IMG/VR virus record: IMGVR_UViG_3300021255_001258
Coordinates: 32,001-96,000 of that record
Reading direction: 5' to 3' (one strand)
DNA: 64,000 bases
DNA from: a virus
Lineage: Duplodnaviria; Caudoviricetes
Position numbers and translations under genes: made by a program. This document shows, in pieces, positions 1 through 10,473 of the stretch; position 1 is the first letter of the stretch, and each line of letters opens with the position of its first letter. Under the pieces are notes generated by a model. It worked only from the letters and a program-made list of their open reading frames with translations, did not search any database and was not told the origin of the DNA.

Positions 1-511
1 TGGCATTGCTTCTAGCATTTTCGCCAGTACCATTCCCAATCGAAAATGCGTAATTTGCATCAGGTTGATTATATTTACCAAACGCCACAGCACCTACAGA
101 AGATGCCGTGACATGTGTTCCAATTGCTACCGAATAATCACAGTCAGCCAGGTTGTTTGCTGTGTCTCCTATCAGGACACTGAGTGATGTGCCACCAGTC
201 AGCTACTCGTCATTTTCTGTTGACAGCCCACGACCTTCCTCGTCCACATAGAAATAGACGTTTCCAAGCTTTAGTAACTCGCTGTGCGTAATGCCGTCAA
301 TAGATGACAATAGGCTTTTATCTTCTTTAGATAGAAGACCGTCAGCAGATGTCGTGGCCGGTGCGTATGCTGTACTGAATGTGCTTGATGTACCATCCCT
401 TTTAGTGACGGTGACGGTGCGATTACTCTCTGTTACGCTGGCGACCGCAGAGGCGTCCTTAAGGTTATACGATTGATTATTAGGCAACTTTAGAACAGAA
501 AGGTTTGCCAT
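1..511 (-). CDS. Tail fibre/adhesin-like protein, runs off the window edge (TAG read-through at 203-205)
   Basis: Frame stays open past TAG to position 1, giving ...VAFGKYNQPDANYAFSIGNGTGENARSNA, which resembles trimeric adhesin head repeats; RBS AAGGAGG upstream. Confidence 0.6.
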
Positions 512-529
512 AAGCGGACACCTCCTTCA

Positions 530-1486
530 TTAAGATACAGTAATTGTGTCTTCATTTCCTGTGAACGTACCAGTAAATGTATTCGGCACAGCAATATTTC
601 CCGTGACAAGCCTAGCTCCAGTACCACTAAATGACGCACTGGCAGGTACAGAAATATTATCAGTAACAAGCCTAGCTCCAGTTCCGGTGAACTCAGGTGC
701 GGTAGCTTCATAATCAGCATCCCCGGTCTTTACGGTAACATCACTGGTAGTAATAGAATCGCCAGTTGTATAACCCAGTTGATAAAGGCTCAGAGTCTCG
801 CCAGTTACTGAATAGTAAGTAACAGCATTATCAGGGGCAGTAGCACCGGGCGCAGCCGCCACAACTGTCTTTGCAACAGTAACCTTAGTGGGATTCTTAA
901 CCGTAGTGGTCGATCCAGCTGTTTTAACGCTAATTGAAGGTGCGGCAACACTTCCTTCGGGCGTATACGTGGCAGTACCAGTCGCCGCTTTACTAACTGT
1001 AGCTGTCTTGTTTTCATTTGTAAGAGTAACAGATCCTGCGGGAGTATAGGTGGCAGCATGACTTCCATCAATTTCCTCTGTTGAGACAGTAGCTGTCTGA
1101 TTAGATGTTGTGGCTACAGCAACACTTACGGTCCCAGACGGGGTATAATCACCACTTGCGCTGTCTTTGAATGCAAGCGCTCCAAACGATCCTGCGGCAC
1201 CAAATTCTTGCCATTTAGCCCCGTTCCATATGAACTCTCTTTCTCCATACAGAACAACTGCACCTGCGTCATCAGTGGTAAATGTTACGCTTTCGCCGTC
1301 AATAATAAGAGTGGAAACCGTTGAGCCATCCGTAACCTCTGTGGTTGTAATGCCAGCATAATGCACAGCTTTAGTTATTGCACTTTCGAGGTCACTAATC
1401 TTATCCCAAGCGTCCGCATCTTTAAAATGATAAATACTCCCAGAAGGAAGCTACACCTTGCTTAAATATGACTTAGTATCAGGCAT
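530..1486 (-). CDS. Putative virion structural protein, Thr/Gly-rich, 318 aa
   Basis: ATG 1486 with GGAAGGAG RBS; MPDTKSYLSKV*LPSG is in frame with track ORF 530..1366; N-terminus resembles that of the next gene (MANLSVLKLPNN); repeated YTPxGSV motifs. Confidence 0.7.
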
Positions 1487-1503
1487 GATATTCTCCTTCC
1501 TTG

Positions 1504-2256
1504 TTAAAATATAGTTAGGATTAGTTTCTCCTAATCCGAGTTAGAAATAATGGGGCGGACTTTATTGTTCCAGAACTCTCTTTCCGCCTGTGTAATATGC
1601 ACTTCAGAGTCAAGAACGTGAGTCATTAATTCACTGTCATTGCCGATTACAAATGGCAGATCTATCAGGTAGGCATTCCCGTCACCAACTTTAATTCCCG
1701 GAACATATGTAATATTTCCCAGTTCGTCCTGAGTTGTCTTGTAATCCGTGTATACATAGATGATACCGGATTCAGAGACAAGGTCGTGCTGGGCGTTCCA
1801 GTATGCCATGGTATTATATTTGACATTCCTGCCAACATTAATATCAATAAGATCCCGCCATTCTGTATCTGGCTCTTCAGCATATTTCCACTGGATCATA
1901 TCATTGTTATTCCTAAGAACAACCGTGTCGGCTTTAAGGCTTCTGACCCATTCATCTTCCGTGCCTATATAGCCGTGTTTCACCGCTAATTCATATGCCG
2001 AAAGCCCTCTGAGAAATGTTTCAATTATTGACCCGTTCATTGAAGAGGATTTGATTGTCCCAGACAAACCATTTGAGTACAATGAAGCTGTGCCAGACAA
2101 ACTGTTAGATTGTAATGAAGCCGTGCCAGATAAACTGTTTGAGTGCAATGAAGCCGTCCCAGACAAACTGTTAGAGCTTAATGAAGCAGTCCCAGATAAA
2201 TTACCGGTAGAAGGTACGCCGATTATGCCAGTTAATTCTCCAGTCATACCCGTCAT
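1504..2256 (-). CDS. Putative tail-associated protein with 11-aa repeats, 250 aa
   Basis: Track ORF extended through TAG 1531 to TAA 1504; GLSAYELAVKHGYIGTEDEW motif typical of phage collagen-like/tail proteins. Confidence 0.65.
2058..2202. repeat. 33-bp coding tandem repeat, about 4.4 copies (SNSLSGTASLx)
   Basis: Four imperfect copies of t(c/g)ccaga(c/t)aaac...aatgaagcNg are visible directly. Confidence 0.9.
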
Positions 2257-2260
2257 AGCA

Positions 2261-2641
2261 TCACCCCTCGTTGAGCGGAAGAGTTACTTCGTCCATTATC
2301 TCGAAACTTGCGGCTTCTATAAATGTAAATACATCGCCGTTACTAAACTCAATTTGAACATCATACACATATGATTTAGTCATGTCTGCACTACGTGTAT
2401 CTTGCGGCTTAATATGCCATATAATCTGAACGGTTTCTTCTTCATCCTGAGTTACGACATTCTTAATGATTTCCCCTTCGAATAGCAGATTGCCATCATT
2501 AACCGCATCTCTGACTTGACATCTAACTACATCTCCATCCCCTGGAATAATTGCATTTCCAGAACCATCAATAATATCAATCGTTATGTACGCAGAGTCT
2601 CCACGGGTGATTGAGATGTTATTTTTTTTGATTTTCAGCAT
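2261..2641 (-). CDS. Putative baseplate-upper (BppU-like) Ig-fold protein
   Basis: ISITRGDS...YVYDVQIEF pattern; strong RBS; located among tail genes. Confidence 0.55.
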   Translation of the reverse strand: MLKIKKNNISITRGDSAYITIDIIDGSGNAIIPGDGDVVRCQVRDAVNDGNLLFEGEIIKNVVTQDEEETVQIIWHIKPQDTRSADMTKSYVYDVQIEFSNGDVFTFIEAASFEIMDEVTLPLNEG

Positions 2642-2670
2642 GTACGGATACCTCCTTCCTTATATAAGAA

Positions 2671-2690
2671 AAGACCACATAAGTGGTCTT
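2671..2690 (-). terminator. Rho-independent terminator
   Basis: AAGACCAC-N4-GTGGTCTT hairpin followed by TTCTT on the minus strand. Confidence 0.65.
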
Positions 2691-2718
2691 GTTTATGGTT
2701 ACGAAATATATATATAAG

Positions 2719-3153
2719 CTAGCGCAATTTTGGAATCATGCCAGCTTCTTTTTTAGCACTAACTGTTCTACGTTTTTTATTTTTAGCAAGATTCTCCGGC
2801 GAATTCCTGCGCTTCCTTGGTCTGAATTCTAGCAACTTAGGCTGTATAACATCAGTTCTTCTGACAACATTTAGATTTGACTCCAATTTTTTGTACACAG
2901 GAACTATTATTGAAAAATGTTCGTTATTGTCATGCATAAACCTTTGGCGATGATCCCGTGCGGAATCTTCGGTTTTAAACAATACCTTTGGATTTTGCGG
3001 AAGGTTAATAAGGTGTCTGCCGTTCTTGCCAATATAATATGAGATGTCCAAGTCTTCAATGTCTGCCAACACTTCTTCGGTAAGCCCACTCAAATTCACA
3101 GGTCTTTTTATTTTAATTGCATATCCAATTATCTCTCTTCTAGATGAGTACAT
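2719..3153 (-). CDS. Hypothetical basic protein; appears to use TAG as a true stop
   Basis: AGGAGG RBS, 144 aa, no internal TAG; read-through would run across the terminator into the next gene. Confidence 0.7.
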   Translation of the reverse strand: MYSSRREIIGYAIKIKRPVNLSGLTEEVLADIEDLDISYYIGKNGRHLINLPQNPKVLFKTEDSARDHRQRFMHDNNEHFSIIVPVYKKLESNLNVVRRTDVIQPKLLEFRPRKRRNSPENLAKNKKRRTVSAKKEAGMIPKLR

Positions 3154-3162
3154 AAAACCTCC

Positions 3163-4176
3163 TTATGCACCAAAACACTTATGATATTCATACTCTACAT
3201 CTGTCAAGTTTATTTTCGAATATATAAGCGTAGTGTCCAAGCTTTTATGACCTAGTAGCACACGAAGCTGCTCGATTGGCATTCCCTTCCTTAAGCACAC
3301 AGTAGCAAAAGAATGACGAAATACATGTGCAGTTAATTTAGTACTTAATTGAACACGATTATTCATCTTTTTAATAATTATTCCAATTGAAGATTTGTTT
3401 AATCCATTATATGGATATTTATCAGATGTGACCACATATTCATTATTCCCACATTTGGACATCTTGTATTTGAGTAATGATACTTTGGTGATCCCATTAA
3501 AAACAACAGTTCTGTATTTACTACCTTTGCCTAATATCACCATGGTTTTCTTGTTCATATCAATATCAGACCACTTCAAATTAGCAAGTTCACTAATGCG
3601 AATGCCCGTATAGAAGAGAATGTCAACAATCGCCCTTTCTCTGTACGTTTCGCAAGCACAACGAACAATTTCAAATTCTTCTTCATTTATAGGATTACGT
3701 GGCTTGGCGATATACTTAATAGGGTTAATGTTACCGACAAAATTTTTGGCTACATATCCTTCGTTTGCTGCCCATGCGAAGAATCCATTAATAATAATCC
3801 TACACTGGTCAAGCGTATAATTGCTGACACCTTTACGCTTCTGATAGTCATACAGATAATGAATCATCAGAGTTGAATCCATCTGATCCACGGGCGCTGG
3901 TTTATTTAAGAAAAAGTCCATGAGATAGTAGTTATACAATTTTAGCGTCTCAACGGATCTTCCAGCAAGTTTCTTCCTTGCAAGATATATTGCGTAATAC
4001 TTCGGCACAAACTCATCAGCAGGAACAATTTCTGTATTACGAGGTTCGATTTCATAATCAGACACGGTTTCTTCAAGTATTCTCTTAACGGTTTCAAGTT
4101 GCTCTCCACTCAGTTCTTCTACTAGCTGAGAGATTATCATTCCGATTAGCTCATTACGCTTCGACAATCTACACAT
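3163..4176 (-). CDS. Tyrosine recombinase (XerC/D-like)
   Basis: TGIRISEL, GKGSKYR, HVFRHSFAT and LLGH...TTLIY catalytic R-K-H-R-H-Y motifs. Confidence 0.95.
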   Translation of the reverse strand: MCRLSKRNELIGMIISQLVEELSGEQLETVKRILEETVSDYEIEPRNTEIVPADEFVPKYYAIYLARKKLAGRSVETLKLYNYYLMDFFLNKPAPVDQMDSTLMIHYLYDYQKRKGVSNYTLDQCRIIINGFFAWAANEGYVAKNFVGNINPIKYIAKPRNPINEEEFEIVRCACETYRERAIVDILFYTGIRISELANLKWSDIDMNKKTMVILGKGSKYRTVVFNGITKVSLLKYKMSKCGNNEYVVTSDKYPYNGLNKSSIGIIIKKMNNRVQLSTKLTAHVFRHSFATVCLRKGMPIEQLRVLLGHKSLDTTLIYSKINLTDVEYEYHKCFGA

Positions 4177-4181
4177 CTCCT

Positions 4182-4270
4182 TTCTACTAATGTTCTACTA
4201 ATATTATACATATAAAATAGCATACATGAATCCATATGTCAAGTATAATATTGGTAGAAAAGCAGTAGAA
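4182..4270. promoter_or_regulatory. 28-bp imperfect inverted repeats with four GTAGAA boxes between divergent genes; probable operator
   Basis: ttctactaatgttctactaatattatac (4182-4209) versus gtataatattggtagaaaagcagtagaa (4243-4270). Confidence 0.65.
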
Positions 4271-4276
4271 TATTTC

Positions 4277-4305
4277 TTGCAATCCAAAACGAACAATGTT
4301 ATACT
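4277..4305 (+). promoter_or_regulatory. Sigma-70/SigA-type promoter for the RHH gene
   Basis: TTGCAA-17 bp-TATACT with a TGn extension. Confidence 0.65.
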
Positions 4306-4325
4306 GTATACAGGAGGTGTGGATT

Positions 4326-4481
4326 ATGGAGAAAAAGATGCATCAGCTTAATTTCAAAATTCCAGAAGAACTCTGGGTAAAAATTGACATGCTTGCCAAA
4401 GAAGAAGATCGGTCAGTAACAAAGATGATTACAGTAATACTACAGAAGTACATAAAAGAAAGAGAGAAGGGCGGCGAATAA
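4326..4481 (+). CDS. Ribbon-helix-helix (Arc/CopG-like) DNA-binding protein; only clear plus-strand CDS
   Basis: AGGAGGTG RBS; QLNFKIPEELWVKIDMLAKEEDRSVTKMI pattern; own promoter and terminator. Confidence 0.85.
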   Translation: MEKKMHQLNFKIPEELWVKIDMLAKEEDRSVTKMITVILQKYIKEREKGGE

Positions 4482-4497
4482 CCGCCCTTCTTTTTTT
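4465..4497 (+). terminator. Rho-independent terminator
   Basis: AGAAGGGCGG/CCGCCCTTCT stem followed by a T tract. Confidence 0.85.
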
Positions 4498-4539
4498 GAT
4501 CAAAATACTTTAGTCCTTTACCTTGAGATTTTTAATAAA

Positions 4540-4677
4540 TTAAATTGGTATTTCATACTTCTCTTGTGAGAATCCAAAATCGTTTACAAGAAGCGCTGTA
4601 ACTTCGTCTCTCAGCTTGTAATAATGGTGTTGAGCCTCAAACTTAGATTCTTTTCTTTTGTTCTTAGGAACTGACAT
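4540..4677 (-). pseudogene. avd: Truncated DGR accessory protein (Avd-like N-terminus, 45 aa)
   Basis: AAAGGAGG RBS; MSVPKNKRKESKFEAQHHYYKLRDEVTALLVNDFGFS matches the recalled N-terminus of Firmicute Avd-like proteins; lies directly after the VR and hairpin; stops early at TAA. Confidence 0.7.
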
Positions 4678-4703
4678 AGTCAACTCCTCCTTTCAGAGTT
4701 ACC

Positions 4704-4726
4704 TCTCCGCCCACGAGGGGCGGAGA
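4704..4726. promoter_or_regulatory. GC-rich hairpin downstream of VR (DGR target-recognition element)
   Basis: TCTCCGCCC-acgag-GGGCGGAGA perfect 9-bp stem, 7 nt after the target gene stop, with no U tract. Confidence 0.7.
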
Positions 4727-4733
4727 TGAAAGA

Positions 4734-5975
4734 TTATTTAATCCCGAAGGCCGGGCGAATGCCAAGCCCCGTGCTCGAAGCGTCGAAGTAGTAGCAAAGC
4801 CCGCTGGCGCCGACACGAGCGAAATGCGAAGAAGAAACAACAGAACGAAGCCACCAGTCCACACGATTACAAATATATTGTGGTGCGAGAGCAAACAGGG
4901 GGAGCTGTCCTTTATCAATAGTATATGCGGCAGGAATATTTGTTCCGTTAATGATGTTCTCGAAGAACTTGTTGCCATATATCATCGACTCGTTCATCAA
5001 ATCTACAGTGCTGTCTGTCCACGTTCCTCCAGATACATATCCGTTCGTTACTGCATTAGAGAAATATTCTCTGTGAGTCAGAATATGTGAAGACCCGAAA
5101 GCATTCTGTGCCTTTGTGACGCACTGCGCTTTCGCCGTATTCGATGAACTGTCGGCATTCGTACCGGAGAAGAATCCGCTCCCAATGTAGCCGCCTTCAG
5201 TAGTATTTGAAGTATTCATATAATGCGTTGTGCTTCCGTCTGCGTTCAGCAAATTGCTGTCAGGAACGATGACAGCATGGTGAGTCGTGCATGCTGTGTC
5301 ACCGCAATTCAGCCAATAGTCGAAAGCTGCAATACGCCACGTTACTGAGTTAATTACCCAATAGTCGCCGATATACAAATCATCGAACGTCCCACCGCTG
5401 ATTGCCGACCACTGAGAAGCGGTAACAGATGTTCCGAGGTTCTTGCCACGGAAAACGGAGTTGTGACCACCTGCGTTTGCTCCTGCTTGTTTGCTATTTA
5501 ATTCGTCTACCTCCTCACGGGAAGGCAAACGTTCCCATGATGTCCATCCGCTTCCCCCCAGTGTTCTTCTGTAAATGTCAGTCATTGTATATTGTGTTTG
5601 TATTTTCCGCACATTCGAAACCAGAGTATAAGTTATTACAACACATCTTTCATCATTCTTGGCTAAGTTGCTATGTCCTGATACAGCGGAAGATACGATA
5701 CATCCATCAGCGCAAGTGTTTCCATCTATCCCGCCCGATGTATATCTCAGAACCAGATCAGTCTTGCTATTCAGATCGTTAAATGCGGACTAAATAGTCT
5801 TTGTTGCACCAGCAAGTTGCGATGCATTATATTGTTCGATAATGGCTTTCGCCAAATTTGTATAACTAATTTTCTTGAGGGCAGTACCTCCATCAGAAAT
5901 AAATATTTGATCGTTACTGTCTATAGCAGTAACCGTAGGTTTAGTATTAATGTCAGTTGTTTGAACATCTGCCAT
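4734..5975 (-). CDS. Modular tail fibre/receptor-binding protein with C-terminal DGR variable region, 413 aa
   Basis: ATG 5975 with RBS; one TAG (5790) joins two track ORFs; C-terminal WWLRS...FARV...GIRPAF is a C-type-lectin-fold DGR target signature; two LNSK junctions. Confidence 0.85.
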
Positions 5976-6097
5976 AATTTTTATCTCCTTTCTGTCATTC
6001 AATAAAATACTAGTTTTATTATATTTCAATATAAAATCATAATACGTAAGTAAATAAAGGGTTTTTATAATTGGATATATCCAATGAAATGTGAGTT

Positions 6098-9000
6098 TTA
6101 TTTAATTATACAATAAAATCCTGTTCCTGTACCTTCTGTTGTTTTTAATGTTATCGTATTTCCGCTTATTGTAGGATTATTTAATTTTGATCCTTTATGG
6201 ATTCGATAATATTTCCAACCGCCGTCATATTTTACATAAAACAATCCAGTAATTTCTATATCTGATGAATGTCCAATTCCAATTAGATACTATCTAGAAG
6301 TATTACTACCCAATGAAATGTTTGTACCAGACGTCGTAGCCGATGTATTAGTTGCTCCAGATAAAAACGATGTATTAGAAGAAAGAAAATCACTAGTATT
6401 TGCATATGCCGCACTGCCAAGTCCTTTCACACTTGCATTTTGTCCAGCAATCTTTACTTGTCCATTATTATCTCCAGTTCCGACAGAAATACTATGCTAG
6501 TGATCGCCACGAGCATATGCGGTTTCAGAACCTTTACTACTACTAGAAGCAACAGCTTTTGGAGTAGTGTCGGATGGGCTAACAGATGTCCCACCACCAG
6601 AGCCAGCGTTTGCACATACGGATGTTAAATTATATAGCTATCCACCTGTTTTTACATAAATATTTCCATTGTTTGTATTTATTGGCATACCAATCCATGG
6701 ATATGAACCAGATGCAATTGAACCAAATCGAAGCCAATTATTATAACTTCCACTTACTGTTCCAAGATCAGATGGACTAATTGACTGAATACATTGGACT
6801 GTTTCATTTAAATGACTAGAGTCTTTTTGATAAAAAATCCTATAATTGAATCTTGCATAGAAATCCCCAGCTTCAACCTCTCCTCTGTCTTCAGACAAAT
6901 TACCTTTTACAATAACTCTTCCATTATCTCCATAACCGGTAGCATCAATCACACCGGCATTTATTTGAGTAGCAGCAACAACAGGGGCTGTTATTGTCCA
7001 TTTTTCTGACCCGCTCTCAGGAGAACCAATTAAAGAAAGATTTCCGTCAATTTCCACGGATGTATCATTAACAATATAAATTCCATTTTTGGCGGACAAT
7101 TTCATTTTCCCATAGTCATCATGTAATACCTATCCATTAGTCCATGTTTTATTTGCATAACACATTGTGATATACGTTCCATATGTTCCATTTTGCCCAA
7201 TCCTTACTTTTGCATTGTTTGCGTCGGCAATATATTCCGCCTTAATCAATGAAGTAAGAGAAGAATCAACATTATTTTCTGTCGTATATATATTAAATGT
7301 ATTTGCGGATATAACACCTTGAACTGTTGCGTTCCCACCACTATCTACTTTAAATTTATTACTAATACTCAGCCCATTATCTCCAAAATATGCATTGTTT
7401 TGCGTGGATGTATTCGCAGCTCCCATTGTTGAGCTACCTTTATAAATGGCGGTTGATGTTATTTTCCACGGCCCAATTTTACCTATTTCTCCAGTCGTTC
7501 CATTTGCATTGATTTGAAATACATTATTTTCCCCGATAGAAATACCATCTGTTCCAAGATAAAATCCGGCAGCGGTACTCGCCAATGAATCTTTTCCATA
7601 CTGTAACGAAGTTTGTGTTTTCTAATTATTGCCAGTACCAGTTACATTAGAACCAATATTAATATTGTTTACAACTGTTGTCCCGCCAATAGTTGAATTT
7701 CCTATTGTAGTACCAGATTTAATACTTGTGTTTCCAGAAGCATCTGCCCAAAATCCGTTACCAATTGCAACACCGTCTGTACCAAGATAAAAACCAGCTT
7801 TTGTACCTTTTTCATTCATTGATGTTATATTGTAATATATTTTAGGAGAAGCTGAACTTCCGTCTATGTGCAAACTACCAACGTCAATGTTACCAGTAAA
7901 AGAGCCAGATGAGGCTGTAATTTTCCCAGAAATATCTGCACCTACTGCTGTTATTTTGCCACCAGAAATTGATACATAAGAATTTGCTGAATTATAATTC
8001 CTTATTCCATCAGTTCCAACATATGTTCCGGCAGTTGTGCTTGATATTGTGTCTGTACCATTATAAATACCATTATGTCCATTTGTTCCGTTGCCAATTG
8101 TCCAACCACCAATTTTGCCAGAATTTGCATACATATATCCATTAGTAGTTACACCAAACGCCTTACCAATTGACATTGCCCATTTATTTGAGCCAGAAGC
8201 ACCACCAATAGCAGCATTAACAGTTTCGCCTTTAGGAGTTAAAATAATTGCTTCGGTAGCAGCACCATGAGTTTGGTTGCCATACCATAACTTATCAGTT
8301 GTAATATTCCAACCACCAATGTCGCCAGTTTTTGCTTTTATGTATCCGCTAATTTCTGCATTGTATGCTTTGAGTAATCCGGCTGTGGAAATTTGAATTC
8401 CTGGAGTAGTTGTGGTGTGTGCATCGCCACCAATCTTCACATCTCCGCCCAGAGTTAAAGACTACGCATTTATATGTCCATTGAAATATGCTCCGGCTGT
8501 CATACCTGATCCGCTCGGAGCACTATTGATTATTGCAAAAGTGGGAGAGAAGAAGTTGCCATTCGCCAAATCGAGATAACTACCTGTCTGTGAAAACGGT
8601 TTTGTATTGTTGTTATATGATAAGAAATTCTAAGACATAATGGCATTTGTTGCCAGATGCTCAGAATTAATTGTATGAGTTTTGATGTAACCACCATTAA
8701 TTGTAGTAGTACTTGTTATTGCATCCGAAGCCCATGCTGTTAATATAGTATTTGCGTTTACGGATGTATTATAGGCTAAATAAGCTCTTGAGATTGCTTC
8801 GTTTAATCCCTTATCTTCAACAACATCTGTGGCTTTCTTGGTTCCATCTTTATATGTAACAACCTCACACTTCCAATATAATTTTCCGATCTGATAATCA
8901 GGAGTTGTTGCAGACCAATCTGAATTTGTGAGCGGATTGTGATTTGGTTTTGATGCCGACAAGAAATAATATGGAACTGTTGAATCAATACCAATACCAT

Positions 9001-10459
9001 TTCTGGCTACTGTATATGTTATTGATTCGGAATCATCATCATAAATAATCTTTGTCCTTGCCCATATATAATCTCCATCTTTGCTACTCGGAACATTAGA
9101 AGACCATACACCATCAGAAAGTGGAAGACCATTTCCGTCGGCAAGAGGGTTTCCGTTAACATCAACCAAGGGCATACATGGAATAACAGTGCCAGAAGAC
9201 GATGCAGTATATTTTATCTCTGTCGATTTTACTCCATTGCCAGTATTTCCGGTATGCCCAGTTAAACACACAATAGTGGTTGTATCAGTTCCGGTTCGCG
9301 AAGTCTTTACTGTTTTTTGCCAAATATACTTACCTTCTTGAAATGTTGGAACGGTTGAACTCCATGTTGTTGGCTAGACAGTAGGATCATTGCTTACTCC
9401 ATAAGTAGTGACAATATCTCCAATATTAATACTTTCGACTTCATTTTCAACATCAGTAATTCTTTTTTTGGTAGATGTATCAAAAGAATTAAATGTAACT
9501 TTTCCTGTCAAATCTATATCTCTTGCAATTATTCTTAAAGCATCATTTGTAAGCGTCATATTAGAAGAACTTGTACCGGATTCAACAAGCCATGTAAAAT
9601 GATTTGCAGCCTGATTTGCAACTGTTTTTAATGAAGTTGTGCTGTCTCCAAGAATATCCTATGAAATTGTCCGAGTATGTTCATCGGCGGTATCTTTAAT
9701 ATCATGCACTCTTGAAGCCAATGTTGTAACAACAGTTCCATCAGCCTTTGTTACAGTTGTAGTTTCATCATCAGATATTGCTGTCCAAATGCCGGACAAA
9801 TCAATTTCTGTATTATTTACTCTATCTCTTACCGTCTACACGGTTTCACCATCATACGAACTTATCTTTGCATCAATATCAGTTTCCCAAACCTTTTGAA
9901 TAATCTTTTGCTCAAGTTCGTCTGTCTTATTGATAATACCATGTAACGTTTTTGAATACACTGCATCTGAGTAACGAATAGTACCATCAGTAAGCATAAA
10001 CTCAAATCGTTCCCAAATAAATGTTCCATCAGAAGCATCCGGTTCTGTATATTGCCAACTTCCTCCAACTAAACGACTGTTAGATGTTGAAAGATAATAT
10101 TGTCTTCTTTCTGTTGCAATGCTTGCGCCATTATAACCAACAGAGTATGTAACAGATTCAGAGTCATCATCAAAAATTGTTGTTGTTCTAGACCACAAAT
10201 AAAACCCATCTGGTATCTGCGGAATTGCAGAAGTCCATCTGGAATCCACTAAAATATTTCCGCTCTCATCAGCGAGAGGATTTCCAGAGCCATCAACTAA
10301 ATATTTGCCAGGTGGGTCGGTAGGCGAAAGCCCTCTTGCATACTCAACAACTGTTGATTTTACACCAGCTCCGGGTAATCCTCGATCACCTTTATCGCCT
10401 TTATCCCCTTTTGCGCCATCATTGACATTTGTAACAACTGCATATCCTCTTGCAATCAT
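6098..10459 (-). CDS. Large tail fibre/central spike protein, ~1453 aa (recoded)
   Basis: Six track ORFs in one frame separated by TAG; ends TAA 6098; collagen GDKGDKG, G(Y/F)YLW(S/A)RT repeats and GxIGGW repeats. Confidence 0.85.
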
Positions 10460-10473
10460 AAGCTTTCACCTCC

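Noticed and set aside
2058-2202. 33-bp repeats as a CRISPR array
   Set aside because: The copies are contiguous, in-frame coding repeats without spacers, and no cas genes are present.
4498-4733. DGR template repeat or reverse transcriptase
   Set aside because: No second copy of the VR and no RT motifs were found by eye anywhere in the window.
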